A stretch of 64,000 nucleotides of DNA from Bacteroidales bacterium (GTDB lineage: Bacteria > Bacteroidota > Bacteroidia > Bacteroidales > WCHB1-69): NCBI GenBank assembly GCA_024686335.1, contig JAILCI010000018.1, positions 74,652 to 138,651 on the forward strand. The letters are read 5' to 3'. Below are positions 55,292-62,319 of the stretch, one piece after another. The notes under the pieces were generated by a model. It had not been told where the DNA came from. It ran no database searches and worked only from the letters and a program-made list of their open reading frames with translations. Within the stretch, counting starts at the first letter, position 1. Every line of letters begins with the position of its first letter. The translations under genes and the position numbers were made by a program.

Positions 55292-55323
55292 GCACTTACC
55301 CCATCAGTAAGTGCTTTTGTTTT
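55292..55323 (+). terminator. Rho-independent terminator directly after rpsJ
   Basis: A perfect 8-bp stem, GCACTTAC (55292-55299) / GTAAGTGC (55307-55314), followed by TTTTGTTTTG. It is preceded by a second bulged ~10-bp hairpin at 55244-55274. Confidence 0.75.
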
Positions 55324-55349
55324 GTCTTAAAAGAATCCAAAGAGAGAAA

Positions 55350-56363
55350 ATGGCAGAAGAGCAATTCATAGATCTAGTCAAGATTTTCGGGCGGTCGGGC
55401 AACGGCGGCGGCGGGTCAGCACATCTGGCACGCACCGCAAGAAACCCAAAGGCCGGTCCTGACGGCGGTGACGGCGGCAAAGGCGGCAGTGTCATCATCC
55501 GGGGCAACCGTAATCTCTGGACCCTACTGCACCTGCGCTATACGAAGCATGTTTTTGCGGAGAATGGTGAGAACGGACAGAAAAACCAGTGCTTCGGAAA
55601 GAACGGCGCAAATGCCTATATCGAGGTGCCTCTGGGGACCATCGTCAAACTCGTTGACTCTGACAAGGTCATCGGTGAAGTGCTCGAAGATGGAGAGGAA
55701 TTGGTAGTGATGAAAGGCGGCCGGGGCGGTCTGGGAAACGTTCACTTTAAAAGTGCAACAATGCAGACTCCCAGATTTGCTCAACCCGGAGAACCCGGCA
55801 CAGAAGGCTGGATCTCTCTCGAACTAAAGGTCTTGGCAGATGTAGGTCTCGTGGGATTTCCAAATGCTGGAAAATCCACCCTCATCACCCAAATCTCCAA
55901 CGCCAGACCGAAAATCGCCGACTATCCCTTCACTACTTTGAAACCAAATTTGGGCATGGTGGCCTATCGCGATTTTCAATCCTTCGTCATCGCCGACATC
56001 CCTGGAATTATAGAGGGTGCCTCCGAAGGCAAAGGTATCGGACTGAGATTCCTGCGCCATATAGAACGCAACTCCGTTCTACTGTATATGATACCCATCG
56101 CATCTGAAGAGGGCATCAAAACAGCTGAAGAAATCAAAAAGGAGTTTGAGATTCTGCGCAATGAACTGAGACAATACAACACTGAATTGCTGGATAAAAG
56201 ATATCTCATAGCAATCACCAAGTGTGACCTCGCTCCAGAAGAAGAAGTGACAGCCATAACATCGCAATTACCAAATTATTGGCCCATGCTCACCCTATCT
56301 TCGCTGACAAACTACCATCTCACCGAATTGAAAGACAAGCTTTGGAGTCTTTTAAACGACTAA
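55350..56363 (+). CDS. obgE: GTPase ObgE/CgtA
   Basis: The Gly-rich Obg fold is present (GNGGGGSAH, GPDGGDGGKGGSV). The G domain has GFPNAGKST, DIPGIIEGA and TKCD. ATG 55350 (MAEEQFIDLVKI...) is preferred over the track start, which lies inside the rpsJ terminator. Confidence 0.9.
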   Translation: MAEEQFIDLVKIFGRSGNGGGGSAHLARTARNPKAGPDGGDGGKGGSVIIRGNRNLWTLLHLRYTKHVFAENGENGQKNQCFGKNGANAYIEVPLGTIVKLVDSDKVIGEVLEDGEELVVMKGGRGGLGNVHFKSATMQTPRFAQPGEPGTEGWISLELKVLADVGLVGFPNAGKSTLITQISNARPKIADYPFTTLKPNLGMVAYRDFQSFVIADIPGIIEGASEGKGIGLRFLRHIERNSVLLYMIPIASEEGIKTAEEIKKEFEILRNELRQYNTELLDKRYLIAITKCDLAPEEEVTAITSQLPNYWPMLTLSSLTNYHLTELKDKLWSLLND

Positions 56364-56460
56364 AAACAAATATAACATTGTAAATATCAATTATTTACAA
56401 ATCAAGAGAATAAAAAAATAAAAATAATCCGGCGACCTTAGTACATATCAAAAAAAAATG

Positions 56461-56468
56461 TATTTTTG
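56461..56468 (+). promoter_or_regulatory. Bacteroidota-type -7 promoter box for rpmG-DUF4295
   Basis: TATTTTTG within AAAAAATGTATTTTTGC, about 28 nt upstream of the rpmG ATG. Confidence 0.6.
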
Positions 56469-56496
56469 CCGCGTAAAAAAGTAAGAGGAAAAAGAT

Positions 56497-56685
56497 ATGG
56501 CAAAAAAAACAAAAGAAGCACGTCAACAAGTCATTCTTGAGTGCACGGAACAAAAAGCAAGTGGTGTTCCCGGAATGTCTCGTTATATAACTACGAAGAA
56601 CAGAAAGAACACCCCCGACAGACTGGAATTGAAAAAATACAATCCCTATCTGAAACGTATGACCATTCACAAAGAAGTTAAATAA
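56497..56685 (+). CDS. rpmG: 50S ribosomal protein L33
   Basis: 62 aa. The QVILECTE...[23 protein letters not shown] pattern is canonical L33. A single Cys means this is the non-zinc form. Confidence 0.9.
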   Translation: MAKKTKEARQQVILECTEQKASGVPGMSRYITTKNRKNTPDRLELKKYNPYLKRMTIHKEVK

Positions 56686-56700
56686 TAAAATCAATTAAAG

Positions 56701-56856
56701 ATGGCAAAGAAAGTAGTTGCAACGTTGAAAAGAGAAGGTGGCGTAACTTACACCCGCGTGGTTAGAATGGAACGTTCACCTAAAACTGGAGCCTATACCT
56801 TCAAGGAAGATATCATTGACTCCTCCACTGTTAAAGACTTTTTGGCTAAAAAGTAA
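56701..56856 (+). CDS. DUF4295-family small protein (the conserved Bacteroidota partner of rpmG)
   Basis: Below the track cutoff. Hand translation gives MAKKVVATLKREGGVTYTRVVRMERSPKTGAYTFKEDIIDSSTVKDFLAKK (51 aa), 15 nt after rpmG. The KTGAY.F.E pattern fits DUF4295 as I recall it. Confidence 0.7.
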   Translation: MAKKVVATLKREGGVTYTRVVRMERSPKTGAYTFKEDIIDSSTVKDFLAKK

Positions 56857-56880
56857 TATTTTGTTTTCATGGTTGAAGAA

Positions 56881-56908
56881 AGGTCGCCCTCCCCGGGTGG
56901 CCTTTTTT
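56881..56908 (+). terminator. Rho-independent terminator of rpmG-DUF4295
   Basis: Stem AGGTCGCCC / GGGTGGCCT (two G-U pairs), a 5-nt loop, and a T6 tract. Confidence 0.7.
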
Positions 56909-56934
56909 CGTTTTAAGGATACTTATAAAAAATG

Positions 56935-56942
56935 TATTTTTG
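56935..56942 (+). promoter_or_regulatory. Bacteroidota-type -7 promoter box for the beta-propeller lipoprotein / uvrC operon
   Basis: TATTTTTG within AAAAAATGTATTTTTGC. It lies inside the track ORF's first codons, which argues for a downstream start. Confidence 0.55.
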
Positions 56943-56955
56943 CCAAAAAAATAAA

Positions 56956-58047
56956 ATGCTAACTATGAGAAAAAGAATCCTACTCCCCTACCTCCTCATT
57001 CTATTAGTTGGAATAATCGGCCTATCATCATCTTGCCATCGCCCGGAGCCCGAACCCCAACCGGTTCCTGACAGCTTCGCCAATGGCATTTTCATCCTCA
57101 ACGAAGGCGTATTCCAGATGAATAACAGCACCCTTTCCTACTATAATTTCGAAACTGGTGAGATAACCCAAGATCTTTTTCTCCAGCAGAACGGCCGCGG
57201 TTTAGGCGACACCGGTAACGATCTGCAACGTTATGGATCCAAGATGTACTGCGTTGTCAACAACTCCAATACGTTGGAGATTCTGAAGATGGACGGCACC
57301 TCACTCAAAGCTATCCCGATGACTGGCAAACAGCCACGTTACGTAGCTTTCTATGAGGGAAAAGCCTATGTCACCTGTTTCGATGGCGACGTGGTGCGTA
57401 TTGACACGGCCACCATGGAAATAGACGGCACAGTCCATTCTGGCCTGAATCCTGAAGGAATCTGCGTCTGCAACGGCAAACTATATGTATCCAACTCCGG
57501 CGGTCTCAACAACCCTGATTATGGCCACACCGTATCCGTTATCGATCCGGATTCATTCACCGTTATCAAAGAGATTGAGGTCGGAATCAACCCTGGCATC
57601 ATGCAAAGCTACCGCGACAACTACGTCTACCTTGTCACTCGCGGTGATTATGGTTCAGTACCTTACAACTTCGTAAAAATCGATGCAAACACCGACGAAG
57701 TTGCCAAGACATACGATATGGCTGTTCTCAATTTCTACATTTGGGATCATTTCGCATATATCTACCATTACGACTTCACGACCTTCGAGTCATGGATTAA
57801 AGTATTGGATTTGAATACTGACGAAATCTCTTCCGAGAATTTCATCACCGACGGCACAAAAATCGAGACTCCTTACGGCATCTGCGTAAACCCATTAAAC
57901 GGCGATGTGTTCATCTCTGATGCTTTGAACTTCACAGTCAGCGGAAAGATCTATTGGTTCAACAACCAAGGTCAGCTGAAACAGAGTTTTAACGTAGGCA
58001 TCAATCCTGGCCACATGCTGATTAACAGTCCTGCTGTATTTTCATAA
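56956..58047 (+). CDS. YncE-like / DUF5074-type beta-propeller surface lipoprotein
   Basis: Lipoprotein signal (LVGIIGLSSSC). GIFILNEGVFQMNNSTLSYYN and the repeated G..P.....(G/N)K.YV(S/T) blades fit DUF5074 as I recall it. The start is ATG 56956 or 56965. Confidence 0.6.
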   Translation: MLTMRKRILLPYLLILLVGIIGLSSSCHRPEPEPQPVPDSFANGIFILNEGVFQMNNSTLSYYNFETGEITQDLFLQQNGRGLGDTGNDLQRYGSKMYCVVNNSNTLEILKMDGTSLKAIPMTGKQPRYVAFYEGKAYVTCFDGDVVRIDTATMEIDGTVHSGLNPEGICVCNGKLYVSNSGGLNNPDYGHTVSVIDPDSFTVIKEIEVGINPGIMQSYRDNYVYLVTRGDYGSVPYNFVKIDANTDEVAKTYDMAVLNFYIWDHFAYIYHYDFTTFESWIKVLDLNTDEISSENFITDGTKIETPYGICVNPLNGDVFISDALNFTVSGKIYWFNNQGQLKQSFNVGINPGHMLINSPAVFS

Positions 58048-58063
58048 CAAATAATCGAAAACT

Positions 58064-59860
58064 ATGCGGGAGAACCTGCGTCTCATATTGCAATCCCTGC
58101 CCGAGAAACCCGGTGTCTATCGCTTCCTGGATGAAAGCGGGACGATTATCTATGTGGGCAAGGCCAAGCGACTGAAACGGCGTGTCTCCTCCTATTTCAA
58201 TAAAGATCACGACTCTGCCAAGGTGCGGATGTTGGTCACCAAAATCCGCGACATACAGACCACGGTGGTTGACTCCGAGTGGGAGGCGCTGCTGTTGGAG
58301 AACAGCATGATAAAAGAGTTCAAACCGAAATACAACATCATGCTGAAGGATGACAAGTCATATCCTTGGATTGCCATCAGCAAAGAACCGTTTCCCCGCA
58401 TTTTTTCTACCCGAAAACCCGACCCTGCCACCATGCAGCTGTTTGGCCCCTACTCTTCTGTCAAGTCCATGAATGTGCTGTTGGAGACCATCAACGACAT
58501 GTTCCCATTACGCACGTGCCGAAGACTAGTACAGAGCGACCGCCCATGTATGCAGTATCAGCTAAAACGGTGTCCCGCGCCCTGCTGCGGAATGATAACT
58601 GAAGAAGAGTATCAGAAAAACATCCAACGGATCACCGACATCATTAAAGGCAAGCGGCACGAAGTCATCAGCGAACTCAAAGAGGAGATGATGGGATATG
58701 CCGAAAAATGGGAGTTCGAGAAAGCTGCTGACCTTAAGAAAAGAATTGAGATTTTGGAACATTTCATAGGGAAATCGGTAGTGGTGAGCACTTCAATTAC
58801 CAATATGGACGTTTTCGGTTTGGAGGAGGAAGAGGACTGTGCCTACGTTAGTTTTCTGTGCATTGTAAACGGCGCTATCGTACAGGCACATATCATCGAA
58901 ATCAGCAACAACATCGAGCGCGACAGTGAAGAGACTTTATGGAATGGCATCCTGGAAATCCAGTCTAGAATTGGAGAACTATCCGGAACGATTCTGGTCC
59001 CCTTCATGCCCAAATTGGTGCCAGACAGCTGGGACATACAAGTGCCACAGCGTGGAGAAAAGAAAAAATTGGTGGAACTTGCCGTGCGCAACGCTCATTT
59101 CTACATGTTAGAAAAGAAAAAACGACAAGATCTCGTCAATCCCGAACGCCGAAGCCAGCGTGTGTTGCAGTCATTGAAGGACGCATTGAATATGAAAACG
59201 TTGCCACGACACATCGAATGCTTTGATAACTCCAACACGCAAGGTGAGGATCCCGTGGCGGCTATGATTTGCTTTATGGATGGCAAACCTGCGAAGAAAG
59301 AGTACCGTCACTTCAATATCAAGACCGTGGTGGGAGCCGACGACTTCGCATCCATGGAAGAGGTCGTCTACAGGCGTTATCATCGCTTATTAGAGGAAGA
59401 TAAGCCTCTTCCCGACTTGGTGGTCATCGATGGTGGAAAAGGTCAGCTAAACGCGGCTTACAAGGCCATACAGGCATTGCAGATTGAAGACCGGTTGATG
59501 ATTGTAGGTATCGCTAAACGTTTGGAGGATATCTACAAGGTTGGCGACGATTTGCCGGTATATATTGACAAGCGTTCAGAGGCCCAGCGATTATTGCAGG
59601 AAGTGCGTGACGAAGTACACCATTTCGGCATCACACATCACAGAAAGCGCAGATCAAAGACCAGCTTAAAGTCAATATTGGACGACGCTCCCGGCATTGG
59701 TCCTGTGCTTAAAAAACGGTTACTCAAGGAGTTCCGGACCATTTCCAACATCCAGAATGCATCACAAGAGGCTTTGGCCGAAGTTGTAGGACCAAGTCGC
59801 GCAAACGCGTTGAAAGAGTATTTGCAGCAAAATCTCGAAAAATCGCAAATGGAAAAATAA
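58064..59860 (+). CDS. uvrC: Excinuclease ABC subunit C
   Basis: 598 aa. It has an N-terminal GIY-YIG (GVYRFLDESGTIIYVGKAKRLKRRVSSYF), a UVR domain, an Endo V-like domain (ECFDNSN) and a C-terminal (HhH)2. Confidence 0.9.
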   Translation: MRENLRLILQSLPEKPGVYRFLDESGTIIYVGKAKRLKRRVSSYFNKDHDSAKVRMLVTKIRDIQTTVVDSEWEALLLENSMIKEFKPKYNIMLKDDKSYPWIAISKEPFPRIFSTRKPDPATMQLFGPYSSVKSMNVLLETINDMFPLRTCRRLVQSDRPCMQYQLKRCPAPCCGMITEEEYQKNIQRITDIIKGKRHEVISELKEEMMGYAEKWEFEKAADLKKRIEILEHFIGKSVVVSTSITNMDVFGLEEEEDCAYVSFLCIVNGAIVQAHIIEISNNIERDSEETLWNGILEIQSRIGELSGTILVPFMPKLVPDSWDIQVPQRGEKKKLVELAVRNAHFYMLEKKKRQDLVNPERRSQRVLQSLKDALNMKTLPRHIECFDNSNTQGEDPVAAMICFMDGKPAKKEYRHFNIKTVVGADDFASMEEVVYRRYHRLLEEDKPLPDLVVIDGGKGQLNAAYKAIQALQIEDRLMIVGIAKRLEDIYKVGDDLPVYIDKRSEAQRLLQEVRDEVHHFGITHHRKRRSKTSLKSILDDAPGIGPVLKKRLLKEFRTISNIQNASQEALAEVVGPSRANALKEYLQQNLEKSQMEK

Positions 59861-59911
59861 AAGGATTAAAAACTGTTTTTCTAGTCAAAAACAGATAATT
59901 ACAGGCATCAA

Positions 59912-59946
59912 AAAAGGCTCTCTATCTAGCTGATAAAGAGCCTTTT
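59912..59946. terminator. Bidirectional hairpin terminator between uvrC (+) and tRNA-Leu (-)
   Basis: Stem AAAAGGCTCT (59912-59921) / AGAGCCTTTT (59937-59946). Its A and T runs give a U-tract in both orientations. Confidence 0.75.
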
Positions 59947-59952
59947 ATTGTG

Positions 59953-60036
59953 TGCCCAGGACAAGAGTCGAACTTGCACGGGAGTACTCCCACTACCCCC
60001 TCAAAGTAGCGTGTCTACCAATTCCACCACCTGGGC
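59953..60036 (-). tRNA. tRNA-Leu (anticodon GAG), type II with a long variable arm; CCA not encoded
   Basis: The minus strand reads GCCCAGG TG GTG GAATTGGTAGA CAC G CTACT TTGAGGG GGTAG TGGGAGTACTCCCGT GCAAG TTCGACT CTTGT CCTGGGC A. The acceptor stem is 7 bp, the anticodon loop is UU-GAG-GG with G37, the T-loop is TTCGACT, and the discriminator is A followed by CAC. Confidence 0.9.
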
Positions 60037-60048
60037 TTTAAGGGTCGG

Positions 60049-60056
60049 CAAAAATA
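60049..60056 (-). promoter_or_regulatory. Bacteroidota-type -7 promoter box for tRNA-Leu
   Basis: The minus strand reads AAAAAATGTATTTTTGC. The box ends about 12 nt upstream of the mature tRNA 5' end. Confidence 0.6.
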
Positions 60057-60099
60057 CATTTTTTTTAATTACTCCAACAAAAAAATAAAAAAAAAATGC

Positions 60100-60107
60100 T
60101 ATCTTTG
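60100..60107 (+). promoter_or_regulatory. Bacteroidota-type -7 promoter box for the glycogen-synthase-like / DUF4270 operon
   Basis: TATCTTTGCGG preceded by an A10 run, about 22 nt upstream of the ATG at 60130. Confidence 0.55.
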
Positions 60108-60129
60108 CGGCTGAAAAAATAATTGAAAT

Positions 60130-60951
60130 ATGGAGAAGAAAAAGATTTTATATGTGACTCCCGAGATATTCCCCTATTTCCCAGAGGGTTACATATCTAA
60201 CATCTGCCGATACCTGCCTCAGGGCATCCAGGAGCGCAAGAATGAGATACGCACTTTTATGCCTAAATTTGGTTGTGTGAACGATCACAGGCACATGCTC
60301 CACGAGGTAATTCGCTTATCAGGACAGAATGTTATTATTGAAGATACCGACCATCCATTGATCATCAAGGTCGCATCTCTTCAAAATGTAAGAATGCAGA
60401 TATACTTTATCGATAGCGAGGACTTCTTCAAGCGAAAAAGCACTTACTTCGACGAAAACAATGTCTTCTATGCAGACAATGACTCCCGTTCTATCTTTTA
60501 TGCGAAGGGCGTTATTGAGACTGTACGTAAACTCGGCTGGGATCCCGACGTTATCCACTGTATCGGATGGATTTCCGCTCTTGTCCCCTTGTTCATCAAG
60601 ACCGTTTACAAAGACGACCCGTTGTTCCAGAACAGCAAGTTGATGTACTCCATTATGCCTGACTCCTTCCCCGACAAGTTCTCTGCAACATTCAAGAAGA
60701 AATTGCAGCAGACGAACATCCCAACATCTTATCTGAACCACTTCCGCAATCCTGGCTACGAGCAACTGATTCAGACCGCCATCGACTATTCCGATGCAGT
60801 TTCTGTAACCCCGGGTACAAGCAAACGTCTTTGCACCTATATCGAGAAGCTGGAGAAACCGACGCTCTTCCATCCCGAAGATGACAACTACGTAGACTTA
60901 TACGATGAATTTTACGACCAACTGATAGAATCTGATCAAAACGCACAATAA
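60130..60951 (+). CDS. Short glycogen/starch-synthase-like protein (GT5 N-terminal domain only)
   Basis: 273 aa. KILYVTPEIFPY and DVIHCIGWISALVP resemble the N-terminal Rossmann half of GlgA. No C-terminal GT1 half is present. Confidence 0.6.
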   Translation: MEKKKILYVTPEIFPYFPEGYISNICRYLPQGIQERKNEIRTFMPKFGCVNDHRHMLHEVIRLSGQNVIIEDTDHPLIIKVASLQNVRMQIYFIDSEDFFKRKSTYFDENNVFYADNDSRSIFYAKGVIETVRKLGWDPDVIHCIGWISALVPLFIKTVYKDDPLFQNSKLMYSIMPDSFPDKFSATFKKKLQQTNIPTSYLNHFRNPGYEQLIQTAIDYSDAVSVTPGTSKRLCTYIEKLEKPTLFHPEDDNYVDLYDEFYDQLIESDQNAQ

Positions 60952-62259
60952 ATGAACAAATTCGGTTTTTTCGGTTTATTGTTACTTTTAGTAGCTTTTT
61001 TCTCTAGCTGCACCAACGATAATTCCTCTATCGGGTTAGGATTTATGGACCAAGTAGGTACTGATTTCACCGACACAATAACAGTGACGGCCTATTCCGT
61101 ATTGGAAGATACAATCAATACCACGAAGCTTTCCGGCAACATGGTTGGCCATCTGGCAGACCCCATCTTCGGTTCAACAGTGGCTTCCATCTATTCTCAG
61201 ATAGATATGAGTGCCGACAATGTGAACTTCGGCACCAATCCTGTCATAGACTCCTGCGTTTTCACAATACAGATTGCTGGTTATTATGGCGATACAAACT
61301 CTCGTGTCGGCATTCGTATTCACGAACTGACTGAGGGATTATTGAGCGACGGCAAATACTATCAGAACAGCACTCTTGCTTACGACCCCACTCCACTGAA
61401 CTACAGTCTGACAGACTACTCTATTCGTCCGTCAATGGAGGTCGTAGTAGACACTGCCCTGTACAGTCCACATCTACGCATTCGACTGACACAAGCCTTT
61501 GGACAATACCTGTTAGACCATCAAAATGATTTGAACAACAACTTATCAGAATTTTTAAAAGGTCTTTACATAACAGCGGTCTCCCATACTGGCAGCACTG
61601 GATACACTATCCTCACCAGTATGACCAGTTCGTTGAGCGGCATCACCCTTTATTATCATAATGATGACCAAAATGGTCTTCGTTACAAACTTGGATGCAG
61701 TTCTGAGAATATCCGCTTTAACAACTACACCCACACTTACCAGAACTCTACCAATGCAGACTTCATACAAGAAGTCTTGAGTGGTGACCACTCAACTGGA
61801 GCGAGCACCCTCTTTGTACAGGGAACTGGCGGCGTCAAGACTAGAATTTCCTTCCCTCATCTCAGACATGCCTTTGACACCATTGACGACCGTGTTGTGA
61901 TAAACAGAGCAGAGTTAGTTATTAAGGACCTTGATCCCAATGAGCAATACCTCGTTCAGCCGACAGGTTTGACATTACAAGGAATCAAGTCTGATGGCAG
62001 CATCACATACCTTCCCGATGATGAATACTACACCAGTTCTTCTTATTATGGAGGCACGTATGACTCTGACAATCACGAATACCGATTCCGCATAACACAA
62101 TACGTGCAGAATCTGGTCAACGGAACTGGCAACTTGACGGATTCCGTCAATCTCGTAGTACGCGGTTCTGGCGTTCGGGCAAACCGTCTTATGTTTGGAG
62201 GTACCGGTCTAACTGACAATCAACGTCTCAGATTGGAGATTTCCTATACTAAATACTAA
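60952..62259 (+). CDS. DUF4270-family lipoprotein
   Basis: 435 aa with the lipobox FFSSC. Its position directly after the short glycogen-synthase-like gene (start abuts the preceding stop) fits the conserved Bacteroidales pair as I recall it. Confidence 0.55.
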   Translation: MNKFGFFGLLLLLVAFFSSCTNDNSSIGLGFMDQVGTDFTDTITVTAYSVLEDTINTTKLSGNMVGHLADPIFGSTVASIYSQIDMSADNVNFGTNPVIDSCVFTIQIAGYYGDTNSRVGIRIHELTEGLLSDGKYYQNSTLAYDPTPLNYSLTDYSIRPSMEVVVDTALYSPHLRIRLTQAFGQYLLDHQNDLNNNLSEFLKGLYITAVSHTGSTGYTILTSMTSSLSGITLYYHNDDQNGLRYKLGCSSENIRFNNYTHTYQNSTNADFIQEVLSGDHSTGASTLFVQGTGGVKTRISFPHLRHAFDTIDDRVVINRAELVIKDLDPNEQYLVQPTGLTLQGIKSDGSITYLPDDEYYTSSSYYGGTYDSDNHEYRFRITQYVQNLVNGTGNLTDSVNLVVRGSGVRANRLMFGGTGLTDNQRLRLEISYTKY

Positions 62260-62267
62260 AACCATTT

Positions 62268-62291
62268 TGCCAGCAACTCGCTGGCATTTTT
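62268..62291 (+). terminator. Rho-independent terminator
   Basis: A perfect 7-bp stem, TGCCAGC / GCTGGCA, with a 5-nt loop and a T5 tract. It starts 9 nt after the stop. Confidence 0.75.
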
Positions 62292-62319
62292 CCTATTATA
62301 AATATTAAAAAACATTATT

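Noticed and set aside
575-57000. N-terminal extensions in the ORF track (starts at 575, 11514, 13452, 13490, 29811, 31568, 33221, 49122, 55311 and 56932)
   Set aside because: Several use TTG/GTG, and the extensions run through -7 promoter boxes or terminator hairpins. Internal ATGs give proper signal peptides or canonical N-termini, so the coordinates were shortened accordingly.
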